The position numbers and the translations under genes are program-made. DNA of 63,682 nt, the filler included, from Choristocarpus tenellus KU-1152 (Eukaryota > Protista > Phaeophyceae): the NCBI GenBank assembly GCA_964200185.2. It is 12 parts of 12 records of this genome, joined end to end, with 100 filler letters (N's around TTAATTAATTAA, not from the genome) between each part and the next. Parts side by side here need not be neighbours in the genome. Positions count along the whole stretch, not along the records: positions 1 to 9,751 come from CAXNAD020003431.1; positions 9,852 to 12,872 come from CAXNAD020022883.1; positions 12,973 to 26,847 come from CAXNAD020001337.1; 9 more parts are not named here. One strand, 5' to 3'. A model generated the notes under the pieces. That model was not told where the DNA came from. It saw nothing but the letters and a program-made list of their open reading frames with translations, and ran no database searches. This document shows, one piece after another, positions 1 through 13,940 of the stretch; position 1 is the stretch's first letter; every line of letters begins with the position of its first letter.

Positions 1-40
1 CAAATGGACAGCCGCCACCCCCCCCCAGATACTTTGAGGC
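1..40 (+). mobile_element. MITE family B right end
   Basis: caaatggacagccgccac(C)nagatactttgaggc. Confidence 0.8.
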
Positions 41-321
41 TGTTGGTTAGTGGTGTGTGCATAACAGGAGAACGTGACTGTTGAAGTAGTTTTTGTTGTA
101 AAGATATTTCTTTCAACAATGAAACAGTGTCAGTTATGGTAAGTAACACAGGAGAAACATTCACATTTTGTTCCTTTTCTTATTTCCGTTCAACATTGGG
201 GTAATGTGCTTTGAAAGATTATTTATCACAGTGCCCAACGACATTACATATTATTGTTGTCTAGTAGAAGATACCAAAACAAGCATTCGTTATGCATCAA
301 GGCTCGAAAAGTATAAATTAC

Positions 322-569
322 GAGTGAAACTATCTTAGAGGGTACGAGTTTTGCCCTGTTTGTCCGTTTGGGGCTTGGCTTCCCATGGCGTTTTTTATGA
401 CATTTTCCTACTCCAAAATATTTCGGAGTAGGTAAAATGTGTACGTTCTGAAAGGTGTGTCCGGAACAAGGATATTGACACTTCCTAACCAACGCGATAG
501 TCAAAATTACGTCAAAATCACAACATTGTATTGTGGCCCCCAAATGGACTCAGCTAGATGCTTTGACTC
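322..569 (-). mobile_element. MITE family A copy
   Basis: TIR gagtgaaactatcttagagggta ... agatgctttgactc, with the central hairpin. Confidence 0.85.
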
Positions 570-1930
570 TAACTTCATCACTCCACACAAACCCTTTGAT
601 TGACTTTGTGTTGCATTTCTTGTGGGCTAATATATAATGTGGTGACACTGGTTTGGAGATAAAGTTGTTGCGTTCACATAACAATTCAAAACTAGATCAA
701 CCTTAAATATTGGACTCAAGTCAACCCTAAAGTGGACCTGGTTGGGAAAACTTAGGATTTTTTTTACCCTGACAGACTGCATACTGGACAAAATTAACTA
801 AATGGTAGACCCAGTCTGCAAATTTGAGAAAATTTGTTAACCTGTCTGGTATGTGTACTGGACAGGTTCCAATACCTTAGTGGACCTGATCTGGAAATTT
901 GGGGTGCAAATATTATTCTGTCTAGCTTGTAGACTGAACAGGTTCCAATACTTTGCGGCCTGGTCTGATCATGCCAGAAAATATTCCAGTCCAGCTTGAA
1001 GACTGGTTCTGTCACATTTGCCCTAATGATTGGCCCTGGTTTTCTCATGGAATAGTAGTGGAAGAAGACATGCTAACGACTATGCCAGAACCCTTATGCT
1101 ATATATTACTCCTGTGAACTGATTTCAACCTGGTCTGTTTTTGCGTCTTTAGTTTTCTCAAAGTCAAAGAAAGAAAACAGTTGTAGCTCTTGGTAGAAGA
1201 TGGGGTGCGTAAATTGTTATAAATGTAATCAGATGCGCTCTGTGCCCTCTTTTGGAATCATCTAGGTATATTCCAAGCATTTTAGCGAACACTGACTGAG
1301 ATGGTTGACTGAGAATGTGATATATTAACTTTTGGGTCATCACTGCCAACATTGCAGTGCTTCATTTGTCCCCACTCTACAGGAATCTTGACAGGGGGGT
1401 TCTTCTATTTCCGCAGTAGTAGACCCTCTCATACTGATTTAGGTTTTGAGTGATATCACATGCCCACTTTAAAATACCTCAAACATAAAAATGCGCTCAG
1501 TTTCCACGGTGTTTGATCTACAGGTCCTGCATTTCATTTTGGTACAATACTGGTGATTTGGATATAATGTAATTCTTTCACCTGAACTCTAAAAGGTTGT
1601 CAGAAGGTCAACCACATGTCAAAGGATAGAACGCAAGACAAAAACGTGGTAGATTAGTTGTGTGCATTCATGTAGAACCTGTCGGGTTAACACTGTATCT
1701 GCGGAAAATTGAGGATCACACCCTGACCACTCTCCTTCAATACATAGGATGGTGGTTAGCATACTTAATGAGGGTTGCTACCAGCTCCTGCAGATCAATT
1801 GGCACAACCTGGTTTTATAGTACCACTGCCACCGCAGCAGCACTGACATTGTCTCCTTCTAGAATTTCTCCACTATTATTGACAAATGAGGAAGCTTGAA
1901 GCACCTAGAGCCTTACGTAGTCACCCTTGC

Positions 1931-2400
1931 TCAAGGAATCAGAATTTGATCACATCTGCACTCATCCTTTCTCACAGTGTTTCCCAGCACTTCCCCATAG
2001 ACTGTAAAGAGGCTCTGCCAGACGTGCTCTAGTGTCTCCCAAGGATGCACATCCAACGCCTCCATTTTGACCTCCACCAGCTCCTGTGTATTGGTCACCC
2101 TCACTTCTTCCTTCAGTTGCTGGATAGAATATAATAATCCCAGATCGTTTGAGATCAGGTGAGTTGTCTGGTTGAGTCTCCATGACAATGTCGTCCCCCA
2201 CCGTCTCCTCAATTGCCTCCATGACCCCCTCCTTGGTGTGTGCCTTAGCCCGTCCTGCTGAATGAAGATGGTATGTCCTTCCGGCCTAGGCATGCGGACC
2301 TTGGTTCTAAACATCCCAATAAACATCCACTTTGACAGTTTCACAAGGTTTCTGAACCCCGTGAAATGCGACCGACTTTGCACTTGTGATCCTCCACAGA
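1931..2400 (-). pseudogene. Frameshifted Tc1/mariner (plant-mariner/DD39D-like) transposase remnant
   Basis: Across frameshifts: IFIQQDG..AHT...QPDNSPDL..NDLGLLYSIQ...ELV...L..VWQSL. This matches the mariner catalytic QQDNA.PH / QPPNSPDLN.LDLG motifs. Confidence 0.8.
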
Positions 2401-5400
2401 TGACAGCCCATTATCTCAAACTTTGCATGCCTCCCAATCTATAAGCCTTGTCCGGAGGGTTTGTCACATGGGTCGTTCCCAGGCAAGAACGAAACTCGCA
2501 AACGCTATGTTATATTTAATTCTGAACGGAGAAAGTATGTTTGAATCAAATGTTTTTTGCTTGCTGTTTGATAGTCTAGGTATTTGCAAGACATGTTTGG
2601 TTTTATGTCTTGGTTATTATGGTGAAACTGGTCTTGTTTAGCAGGTAGTGCTAACGATTTGGACAAGGCAGGTAGATAGCTTCATCTGCATAAAGGGATC
2701 TCATAGAGTGTCAAATCGTGCTTTTATGGTGAAGGGACTACAGAAGGTCATCATGGTGAAAGGTCATAGGTTGTATCGGGATGTGTAGTTGTGTGAGGAA
2801 ATTATCCTGGAGGGGCACTTGAAGGTACAGGTAGAACTGTCGTGTGACCAACACCAGAATAGGCAGTGGGTGGTGACCTGCTCTCACACGATGAGGCCAA
2901 CGGAGGACTCTGGGGGCCTCAACAACAAACACCAGACACCTATGGGAACTTCATAAATATTACATATTAATGGATGAACAAAATCGTAAATTTCTAGCAT
3001 AATCACATATATTCAATTCATATCATACATACAGGAATGTACTTTGGAGTAGTTTATTCTGTGCGAAAATGCTATGATATATCAGGTAGAGAGATATCAG
3101 CAGACTACCTCCTCGCTAGATGCAGTGTCTACTAGTGTTCTAATAGTGACTACATAGGATTGGTAATCGTCATATATCACAAGTCTATCTGAACTACTCG
3201 TATGAATTGTTGGTCTTTGAGGAAACCACCTTCTGTTATGCACATGTGTCTACAAATGTAGGTGGGCTACATGCGATTGTGTGAATGCGTGCTTTGCATC
3301 AAGATCATGGAAACATTGAATGGAGAAGCAAGACTCTTTGAAATAACGATTTATCTCTAAATATACCGAATCATATATTTTCCCGTTTTTGCATCTGCTG
3401 TCCTCCTTGCGACCCTGACGCCAAGATGGGGGGTGGCTACCCACCTGACATGGAACCCAGCTCAGAGGGATTTTATCATGTCGTCCGGAGCCACATGGAT
3501 GTCTACACAGATGCTGTGGAGACTTTAGAGTTAGGAAGACGGGAACCAGGACCAAATCATGGGTACACTGGCATGGGGGGAAAATATTTGATTGGGTCCA
3601 GGTGGTGATTCACTTTTTGCATACTACCTGCTGAAAAGTTGCACTTCAGGATTGGGTTTTGATCATACAAAAATTGCAGAGTGGTATACCCCCACAAGTG
3701 CATGAGCATTGTTTCCATTATTTTCTACCCCTGGAAATTGTTCAAGTGGGTATTTAATCCCCCCATAAATTGTTGCATTGTTGTGACCTTAGGGTGCTGT
3801 TTTTCTCAGGTTATACACCACTGATTCCAATTCTGATTTATCCAAGGAGGAAGAGGCTGTCAAAGAAATACGTAGTTGAAATAAATACGATTTGTAAACG
3901 TCGGATTTTGACAGTCTAGAAATCCAGAAATATTGTGCTCATAGTGTATGGATTTGATCAGCACTTCTGTACGTCGTGTATGATATATGACTGAAGCTTA
4001 GGCCGTCTAAAAGTGCCAAATTCCACGGTGAAGTATCCTGGAGGGTTTTTCCTGTGTCCGTTCGGTGATTTTCATGTATTTCGCGCGCGCATATAGGGAG
4101 CGAATGTCACTTTCTTTCATCTGGACACACCTTGTTCTTTCATCCCCTTGGTTTGGTGCCTGAATATAAGCAATGTGCCTTTGTGTTTTCTGTGTGTTTG
4201 TGGTTGAAGGAGTATCTTGTAGAGTATATTCACACAACATGAATTTGATGGAATTTCTTCAGATGGTGGGGTTGATAGGATATCATTGGGGGGGGCAGGA
4301 AAGGTGTGGATTGAAACATCTTTAGTAGGAGGAGGTTCATGCAATTGGGAGCGATGCCCTTGGTGAATGCAATAACGGAGGCAGTGCCAGAAGAGACGAA
4401 AGGGTTGACTACCCGTTTCACCCTAGAAAACCTTTTTTGGATTATGAGATGTTCTCAAATCATGAATATTATGTTTATATCCATTGATCTTCAATATTGC
4501 CGTTACGTCTACGTTTAAGAAAAATATTCGAGTCATTAACCATTATGAACATCCTGTCCTAGTAGAGAGGAAGGGATAGACACCTTCCCTGACATGGACA
4601 AAACAATTTGCCTATCTCGATCGATCTACGAAGAAAAGCCATATACTCCGAATTCGCCTCATTTCCCAAACACTTGTCTTATCATGTAAGAAATGAGGCT
4701 GGGATATGTCCAGAATAGCATCATTTAAAACTATTACGTGTACTGCTGTCAGAATCCTCTCGCAAGTGCATGTGTTGAACAAGAAAAGGCTGATGGCATG
4801 AACACTCACAATAGCTAATGTTGCGGAGGTCAGAAACTGGAATTGGCCGGATGGAAGTACCCCAAACTCAATGAACACCCCTTACCAACAAAAGACCCGC
4901 AACATATACAGGCGCCCAATGTTGAAATCAAGTGCTGGTGAGAACCATCGGTCAATAGGATCTCAAACGATCCTACATAGAGATGTACGGTCGTCTTGGA
5001 GTGCAGAAATGCATGGTCTTCACAATCAATGCAAAACATGCAAACACAACCAATCCACCTCCCCAAGTCACTCATGAACTCCCTGGGATGAGTAGAGTCA
5101 CCAAGCACGTCAAGACAAGAATTTCACTTAATGCCTTCCACACTTGCGAAGACGGATCCTTTTTCTCTGTTTTACCAAGCCTTCAGCTTCAGATAGGCGT
5201 CCGTCAGCACATGCCTGAGGTTGTGGTATGATAACTATTTCTCTTTGCAGTCCCCGACCATGACTCCAGCAAGAATCATAGCCCTCTTCTCAATCATAAT
5301 GTTGATGTCATCTAAGTCCAACTCTTGTTCATGAAGCCCTTACCCTTACAGCACCCATTCAGAATAGCAACACGCACATAGCAATAATCATCCACTGCAA

Positions 5401-6622
5401 TGGATTTAGCTGTTGTGCCGTTGTCGACCACAACAAATCCATGATCAATTGTCACCTGTTTAAGAGAGTTTTTTCGTCCATGGTTCTCTTGTCTTTGGAT
5501 TTGCCTAAACCTCCACAGTCTCTTTCTGGAGTTTGATTCCAGGAGGGAACCCTCACCATCGTGCGGAAATGTGTCAGTAATGCCATAGGTGGCCCCATTG
5601 TTCTTGTCGTCCACAGTCGCCAATTCCTTTGGTTCGCCACCAACAGCAGTGTGACAATCACTACTGTCGTTTCTGGAAGTTTCACCCCTGGTCCTGTTGG
5701 AATCCTGCCCCTGATCAATCTGACCGGGATCCTTATTTTTGGGTGTTGTGAGTTCAGGTGAACTTGCAAAGAAGCCTGTAAGAGCTGAGACAATCAGGCC
5801 CTACTCCGTCTTCCCATCCCCATCTACCACTTGTTGTTGACCAGCGTCCTGAGGCCGAGAAGTTTCGCCTTTTTTTTACAGATTGCTGCACTTTAGAGAG
5901 TTTCTTCCACAGTTTTAGAGTCAATGGGGAATTGGTGATTCCGTCTTCAACCTTCCTGCTCCTTTTTTGAGAGTTCTAATTGTTTCTTTTAACCACTTAG
6001 CGACTCTTCGCTTGGCTTCCGCCTCAACCACTTCCATGTCTCCACCATCTACCTCGCCTCCCCCTTCGCCACGTTTTAAGGGAGGTGCAGTAATTTAGTA
6101 TCATCAACCTCCTCCCCCCTCCCCATCTACTCCTCCTGTCCCTTGTGCTCGTCTCCCATGTCCAAGTCATTGAAAGAAATAAAATTTAGGTTTGAAATTT
6201 TGACCATGAGCTCTCCCTTCTTGCTGCGTCCAGTGAGTTGGGGTAATTCCTCTCCTTCCAATTCTGCCTCCTTGCCGATGCCACTAGAACCGTTCGCAAC
6301 CTCTTCCTCAATCTCCTGATCCCCCCCGCTCTCCTTGTACTCCAACTCCTCCTTTTCCCCGTTCTCCTTATTCTTCTTGTCCTCCTTGCTCTCCTCCTCC
6401 TCCTCCTCCTCCTCCTCCTCCTCCTCCTCCTCTTCCCCAATCTCCACGTCATTTCGGAACCTGATTCAAACTTTCCTTCGGATTAGGATCTTTGATAGAA
6501 TTTGATAAGCGTCTTACACGTCTGAGTGTTGACAAGACCTGGATATTTTGATTCACATCATCAGGTATGTGCACTACCATGGTACAGGTGATGACGCATC
6601 CCCCTGGTTCAGTATGCAAGTT

Positions 6623-6878
6623 GAGCCAAAGTATCTTAGAGGGTACAGTCACGTCCATTTGGGGACCAAAGTCCAATGTCGCGATTTCTAATTATTTTGG
6701 CTATCATATTAATTTGAAAGTGTCAATATCCCTGTTCTGGACACCCCTTTTCATGACTACACATTTTACCTACTCCGAAACATTTTGGAGTAGGAAGATG
6801 TCATAAAAAAAGCACAGGAAGCCAAGCCCCAAATGGACAAAAAGGGCAAAACTCGTACCCTCTAAGATACTTTCACTC
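6623..6878 (+). mobile_element. MITE family A copy
   Basis: 23-bp TIRs gagccaaagtatcttagagggta / taccctctaagatactttcactc. No clear TSD. Confidence 0.9.
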
Positions 6879-7537
6879 AGAACTTTGGGTTTGATTAGGA
6901 CTTGTTGCACAAGATGTACACACACAGTTTGAGTGCCTCCAAGTGCAACGACAAAGTATGTAGCCAGGCTGGCCTCTGAGCGAGAATGTATGGAATGCGG
7001 AGAGAAGAGGAAAAGATAATGTTAGTATGAGGTTTGATTTTGACAAGTGTTTTGCGGTTCTTGGTTGACAAAGAAATGTTAGACCTCAGTGTGCGACAAG
7101 GGCAATACATATGTGCTTGACAAGCATATATTTCCAAGTATTATGCACAGATCAAAGTTCCCACCCTGTGTGGTCTATTTTGTCCGATACTGGCGAACAA
7201 CAGATTTGGATCAATTAGCAAGAATCGGAGCAATTGAGTATAACCATATAGAAAAGTAGAAATGTTGGCCCAGAAGGACCAACGTGCTAACCTCAGTCAT
7301 AGTGTTACAACGCGGAAGTCTCAGTAGGACCTCCATGTTACAGCACGCTCTTGAAGCTCACCTCCACAGGATGTGTAGCTCCAATCCACAAGCCTGTAGA
7401 AAATGCTGATGCTCGCGTGAGTCTCTTGGGATACTTCAACAATGCAGAGGAGTCCATCGCATATCAGGTTAGTTGGATGTCCACTCAGCAGAATAGGGGG
7501 TACTTCTCATTTTTGAACATCAATGGGTAATTAGCAT

Positions 7538-7777
7538 GAGCAAAAGTATCTTAGAGGATAAGATTTTTGCCCTGTTTGTCCGTTTGGGGCTTGACTTCCC
7601 ACGGGCTATTTATGACAGTTTACCTACTCCGAAACATTTCGGGGTAGGTAAAACGTATACGTTATGAAAAGGTGTGTCCGAACAAGGATATTGACACTTC
7701 CTAATAAGCACGATAGGAAAAATTACATCAAAATCGCGACCTTGGGTTTGGCTCTACCCTTTAAGATACTTTGACTC
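7538..7777 (-). mobile_element. MITE family A copy, TSD CAT
   Basis: TIRs plus flanking cat/cat. Confidence 0.9.
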
Positions 7778-9685
7778 CATCATAGGAAAGATGTGTCTAA
7801 AAGCCTATTTTTAGAGTTTATAAAGCAACGCTCTATATTTATTTTATTATCTGCTGTTTATTTTGTTTTGGCAAACGGAAGTTGGAATAGATTTGAAAAC
7901 CGTTGCGACATTGCCAAGTCACAGATCTTACTCTGCAACCTTTAGCAAATCGGAGTTCCTCTTTATAATGTTCCCCACGCATGTATACTGCTCGCACTTG
8001 TTAGAACGCGAAAATAAATACTCGCACTATTCGCCTGTAACAATAGTGACTATCAATGAGTGTGACACCCTTGGTGTACTTGGCGATTATGAGTAAAAGG
8101 TCACCTTGATCTACATCCCTGAGAAGAAGGATCTTCTTCACGTTTCCAGGAACATTTTTGGAATGATGGCCTTCACATGATGGAATATAGTAGACGCAAA
8201 TATCGAAATTAGTGTTGAATGACATTAAATGAAACGAGGAACAGGTACTATGTAGAAGGATAAGATTAAACCAAGTATCCAAAGCTGCACCTCTGTTGAT
8301 AAGACGTAGAGTGTCTTCTTCTCTTCTTTACCACTTGTTCTCCGTTGACAGCCATCCTCCTGTGCATTTCCTTTGCCTTTATCCCTCCACTCAAGTCCTC
8401 CACATTTTTCACTGCCACTTCTAACAATGCCCCTGTTGCTTGGTCTGATGCTCAAGTGTTCAGTCCCCCACACACAATAGATGTCGTAGTAGAAGGCCTT
8501 GGCAGGTGAACACACTTTCCGTCTTCTGCCTTGCTATCCAGGCTGACAGCTCCCAATTGTGGTGGAGCCTTGTGTCCAACAAGCCAGTTCAGATCGGTCG
8601 CTCAGGTATATTGGTCGATGATGCATCTAGTTTGTGTGTCGAGTATGTAGTATGGTGGAGTACTGTTCACGGCTGACAGGCTTATGTGGTGGTGCACAGT
8701 GTACCACGTAGGCCGCGCTCAAACAGTGCTGAGTCTCTTGTTATTCGAAATCTTATCTAAGGACAATGGGAAGAAAGTTCTTTATGTCAAAAGATATCCA
8801 GCCTGATAGCAATGGCAAAGGAAATGTCCTGGGCGAATGCACTAGGGGTGTGTGCTTGACCTTACTTATCAGATCAAGGTAACAGGGCTCTCTTGCGCAA
8901 GTTTGATTGGAAATATCCTATTAAGTACAACAAGTATCAGCTTGCAAGCAGCAATTCAAGTGGCAAACTATGCCAAGGTCGAACCTACTGCCCAGTATTA
9001 CTTGTTTTCTTGCAGATATTTGTACGCAGTTTGCATATAAACGAGTGCATTCATTATCCAATTCTTCTATAATCTTGACATTCGTAGTGTTGCAAACTGA
9101 AAGACTGATCAAATTTAAATTGCCTAAAAAATGCAATAAATTGATTGAACTTTCAGCGCACGAAGCGTCGCGCGCGAAAAGCGTGCAGGTCACGCCGAGT
9201 GTCACTTGACTCCCCAACGAAAATACTCCACAGCTTTAATGGAAGCCCTCCAGAAGATGAACAACATTTTCTTGCACCCTTTCCAGGCTTTTTTCTCGTA
9301 TCCTGAGGCGCGTCTTGCTATATTATTTTAGACGGATCATTGCTTACTTTGGTGTTACTTTTAAGGACACCGGAATATGTGCCTGGGGGGTTGACAAATG
9401 GATCCTCAAACTCTTTAGACCCAAAGTATGCACAGGTCTCATGCAGATCCGAAACCATGAATGTGTAGTGAGTTGTGAGCAACGACACCGTCTCATCAAT
9501 GCGCCATCTTGTGTGGTTCTGTGACCTCAACGTGATGTTGGAAATTTATACTTGTAGTGAGAAACAAAATAATCACCCAAACAACCAAACCCTTTCAGTT
9601 CAGATATTCGGTTCATCCAATAAATTGAACTGAAGCCAACTGACCTATGGCAGTTCACCACACTAGAAAATCGACTTGAAGATAT

Positions 9686-9751
9686 GAGCCAAAGCATCTT
9701 AGAGGGTAGAGCCGCGTCCATTTGGGGGTCAAAGTACAATGTTGTGATTTT
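9686..9751 (+). mobile_element. MITE family A left end (contig break)
   Basis: gagccaaagcatcttagagggtagagccgcgtccatttggggg up to the linker. Confidence 0.85.
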
Positions 9752-9851
9752 NNNNNNNNNNNNNNNNNNNNNNNNNNNNNNNNNNNNNNNNNNNNTTAAT
9801 TAATTAANNNNNNNNNNNNNNNNNNNNNNNNNNNNNNNNNNNNNNNNNNNN
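9752..9851. other. Artificial 100-bp contig linker N44-TTAATTAATTAA-N44 (also at 12873, 26848, 30722, 33560, 40447, 45304, 48005, 54649, 57456, 60656)
   Basis: Eleven identical spacers carrying a six-frame stop cassette. Confidence 0.99.
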
Positions 9852-10279
9852 GCTGAAAGGGTAGAGGGGGGTGGGGGGGGGGGTTAACACTGATGTACCT
9901 CCAGTAACATACGGTTGCCTGTCTTGAGTCACTTTGTTGTAGTCATGATAAGAGTTCTCAACTAACTGCTTCTACTTTGTGTGTGTGTGTGGTTGTTTTG
10001 GCATGATGGGAATCACAGTGTTGTCGCATCCATCCCAAGTGAAAGAGTAAATCTTCTTCTGAGTGATAAAGAGTTGAACATGGTCAATAGACATAATAGA
10101 CCACATTTTTGGTCTCCATCCCTTCCCCCCCCCCCCCCCCCACCCCCCCCCACACATTTTTACCCTTTTTCCCCTCCTTTTTAAGGGGGGTGGGAGGAAA
10201 CCTTTTTTTGGGGGGGGAACNNNNNNNNNNCCCCAAACCCAAACCCAATGTTTATACCCTGATTCCTCGTGCTGATAAG

Positions 10280-12567
10280 GTGGGTTAGAGACTACCTTGT
10301 TAAGCGGTGGCAAACCAAGGGCCGCCTGGGCTATCGTTACTACGAGGGCGATGTGGAATGGAATGCCTCAAACACTATCAGGTACCCTGCTGTTTGCTTC
10401 TTTGCTGGGTTCTTTGCAGGGCTGTTTGGAGTGGGAGGAGGGATCGTGAAGGGACCACTAATGCTGGAAATGGGTGAGTTTTGATTGGGTGCTGTGGTTG
10501 TCTTTTAGGTTTGGGTTTCCGGCCTATGGTGGCTTTGTTTTAACGGTTGTGTGTGTTGTGTGTGTTGCGTGTGTGTGTGTGTGAGTGTGTTTATGTGTAT
10601 GTGTGTATTTGTGTTTTGCACATTTGAAGCTTATTTGGCACATGCAATACACCACTGGGTATCTATTTACAGTGTTGGCTTTGACTTAGTTTTTGTACAG
10701 TTCACGGGTTTATATTCTGGTTCATTGGACACGGGAGAATCTGCTTCTTCTGCTTTGTTGTCCCCTTGTGAGTCTTAGCTCATCCCTTGAGAGAGTGTGA
10801 GGGACATGGGTACCCATTATGGATAACGCTTCTCGACCACAATCTGTCAACTGTCAACTGTGGAAAGTGGAATGTGCTCGGTTGCCTCACAGTGAAGATT
10901 GCTTTCCACCTTGCTTACGATCTTCCATACCTCCAACCCCTCAATATTCAGGTATTAGTGCTTGTTCAACTGTTGTACCTAACCCTAACGGTGTGGAAGG
11001 ATGCTGTTCCAGGACAGACCTATGAGTTGCCCTTGTGTCTTTTTTTTTTCTTGTCTTTAATAAAAGTATATATTTAATCCTACCTACCGCGGTATGAATA
11101 TAGACCATATCTGTTTTTGTTTTTTTTTACCAATCCTCCCGTGTTTTTGAATTTGAAAAGGTGTGCATCCCATGGTGGCGTCGGCTACGTCAGCAGTCAT
11201 GATCTTGTACACCAGCTTCACTGCTTCTACCAGCTTCATTGTCTTTGGGTTGCTGCAGGTTAGACATGGTGCTGGCACTTTACTTACCATGAGTATATTG
11301 TAAGGCGTTTATGACCATGCTATTTGATCTTGGGTTTTCCTTGTTACTGTAGTGTATCATGTCCCGTGTCCCTTCTGGTGTGTATGTGTGTGTGTATGTT
11401 TCTCTCTCTCTCTCTCTCACTCTCACTCTCTGTTTCTCCCTTTGTGAGTACATTACTTGGCCTAGTAGGGCTTTTTTCAAGTGTTCAAAGGTTTTCTACA
11501 CACACACACACACACACACACACAATGTGTTCAAGGGAGTTTTGGTTTTATCATGCGTGACTTCCTGTTGAAAATAAAACAAGAAAATACATTATTCTGT
11601 ATGTGTGCGCTTTTTTTTTGTGCCAGGCAAAAATCAATATCCTAATCAAAACATCGATTTGGTAATTCAAGAAATGTCTGTGAAGGTCCTACCGAAGAAG
11701 GTTCAGAGTGGTTTTGCAGAGTGCTGTTAGGCTCTTGTTGCTTTGATTTGTCCTTCTGAAGAAATGTTAGGCTCTCAGTAAAATCATTGTTCATGATCAT
11801 CACACACATATTATGGAGGGAGAGTGAGCAGTGATCTAATTTCAAATAGAGTCGTTTGGAGGTCAGTCAACCACCTGAATCTGGAAAATTCCCAATAATT
11901 TCTGTCACCTAAGAAATCAGATATTGGTGGAGTGGTATGGCATCATGACATTAACCAATAACGGTATAACAAATTTGATACATACCATCTACGATTTGTT
12001 GTATATTCATACCATACTGCTGGTTAAGCTGTAACCCTCTTATAGATACTGCAAATTAGTGAGAACTATTCCGATGTGCCCCCCCCCCCCCCCCCCCGCC
12101 CCCCCCCCTTCCCTGGAACCGAGAAGGTCCCAAAAGACCCCAAATTTTTTTTTTTCTGTGTGGGATACCGTGATACTGAGAGTGACCAAAATGCCGCAAT
12201 GTTTTTATTTTTAGCTGTGGGATACCGTGTGCTGTACACAGTTGTTGGGACTCTTGATTGTTCCGAAAACATTATTTTTATTTATTTATTTATTTATTGT
12301 AAGTAGCGGTACTGTTTCTTGTTTGCCCAAAAACCACAGTAGTCCCACACGTATTGATATTGATGAGTGAAATAAGCAGTCAGGTTATAAAAAGAAAAGA
12401 GTAGGAAACACGCCTTCGGTAGACAGAATTAGCTTCTTGATCGATTTTTTTTTTAACATTTTTTTTTTCATCAATTTTGGCAGGAAGACTATGCTCTGGC
12501 GCTGTTCTTTGTTGGGATTGGAGCAACCGCAGTGGGCCAGATTGTGGTGAATCACTTGGTGAAGAAG
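10280..12567 (+). CDS. Sulfite exporter TauE/SafE-family membrane protein, partial (3 exons: 10280-10473, 11161-11258, 12484-12567)
   Basis: AG/GT-bounded exons join in phase to give ...WVRDYLVKRW...CFFAGFFAGLFGVGGGIVKGPLMLEMG|VHPMVASATSAVMILYTSFTASTSFIVFGLLQ|EDYALALFFVGIGATAVGQIVVNHLVKK. The GLFGVGGG...P..ASATS motif is the TauE/SafE signature. Both gene ends lie outside the contig. Confidence 0.9.
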
Positions 12568-13149
12568 GTACAGTTTAGTCCAGTACTCTTTCAGTGTCAT
12601 GTCAGCATCATTTTTTTTTTCTACTTACTCTTATTTCTATTCCGTTTTTGGGGGCTTGTGCTTGATGTGTGCATTATGTGTATAATGTATACTGTGAAGT
12701 AGTGTACTACATTGCACCCCGGTGTGTACATAAAAGCTGATACAAGTTTGGTGCGTTTTTGACATCTTGGCGGAGGTCTTTTTATTATTTATTGTTTTAT
12801 TATTTTATTATTTTATTGCAGCAGTGTGCTTACTTCGTGACTTCATAAACCTCAGTCGCTCACCCCCCCCCCNNNNNNNNNNNNNNNNNNNNNNNNNNNN
12901 NNNNNNNNNNNNNNNNTTAATTAATTAANNNNNNNNNNNNNNNNNNNNNNNNNNNNNNNNNNNNNNNNNNNNACGTGTTGTTGAGTCCTACTCTTTGTAC
13001 CAGCAGAAAACCTCATTAACAACAGAAATGAACGACCTCATCTCCCCCCCCCCGCCTTTAAAGCGCTTAACCCCAACCCTAAGTCAAGGGGTAGTGATTC
13101 ATGTCCACTAACTTAGCAGGCTGTGTGCAAAGCCCAATCAAAATGAAAC

Positions 13150-13940
13150 CCCTAGTTGGACCAGCAACAGAAAAAAATATCTGGGTTGCCATTGCCCCCT
13201 GTGAGGACTGGCATCATACTGCTGAATGACCAGCACCAATCTCTCGTACATCCATTGCATTTTTTGCTGGATTACCAGGATGAATTCACACAAGTACCAA
13301 TTCTTCCACAACTCTACGTCTATGGCACTATCATCTTTACACCTCTCAACCTTGTCCCCTTTCTTACTATTGCACTCAACCTCCTTGATGACGCAACTAA
13401 CCTGGCGAACAGTAGTCTCCAGTTCTTAAACGGTTGCCCCAATACTTCCCCACACCACAGTGAAAAAGAGGAACTTTGTAGGACAATGTGCGATCCCGTG
13501 TAGGAAACATCTTGAGGTGATGGGACTGAAGATTCATATAGCGGACCTGGCACAATGCCCATATCAATTAATTGTGTAACACAACCAAGTGCCTCAGCCT
13601 TGAGCATTCAGATCCTATGGTGAAGTGATCCCCATGAGGTCCGGTCTTAAAGTACTTGGCAGTGTTTGCAGAGACAACTCAAAGCTTCTTAGACCTATTG
13701 ATTGACCCCTGCAGTGATATCAGCTTCAACCCTGATTGTGCCTCCAAGGTAAACAAACTTGTCAATCACCTTGAATTTCTAACCCAGTGCTCGGATCTGG
13801 ATGAGGTTCACAGTAGCATTGGATCGTTGAAGACACATGATGTCCATCTGTTACTCTGACACGGCCAACCCAATTAAATAGTCACCTTCACAATCACTTT
13901 CAAAATCCTAGCCAAACTTCATTGAGTCTTGGACACAATG
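13150..13940 (-). mobile_element. RTE-clade non-LTR retrotransposon 3' RT remnant
   Basis: Degenerate GLAVSE..MDIMCL...KFVYLGGTI..EADI...R...MLKAE, with stops and frameshifts. Confidence 0.75.

Noticed and set aside
244-543. Recurring similar ORFs (MG..IQCCDFDVIL...) at 244, 25244, 28716 and elsewhere
   Set aside because: Chance frames through MITE A copies; not conserved in frame.
1931-2400. Mariner remnant as the driver of MITEs A/B/C
   Set aside because: Mariner elements duplicate TA, whereas these MITEs have variable 3-bp TSDs.
9796-9807. Recurrent TTAATTAATTAA motif
   Set aside because: Synthetic six-frame stop linker within N runs, not biological.
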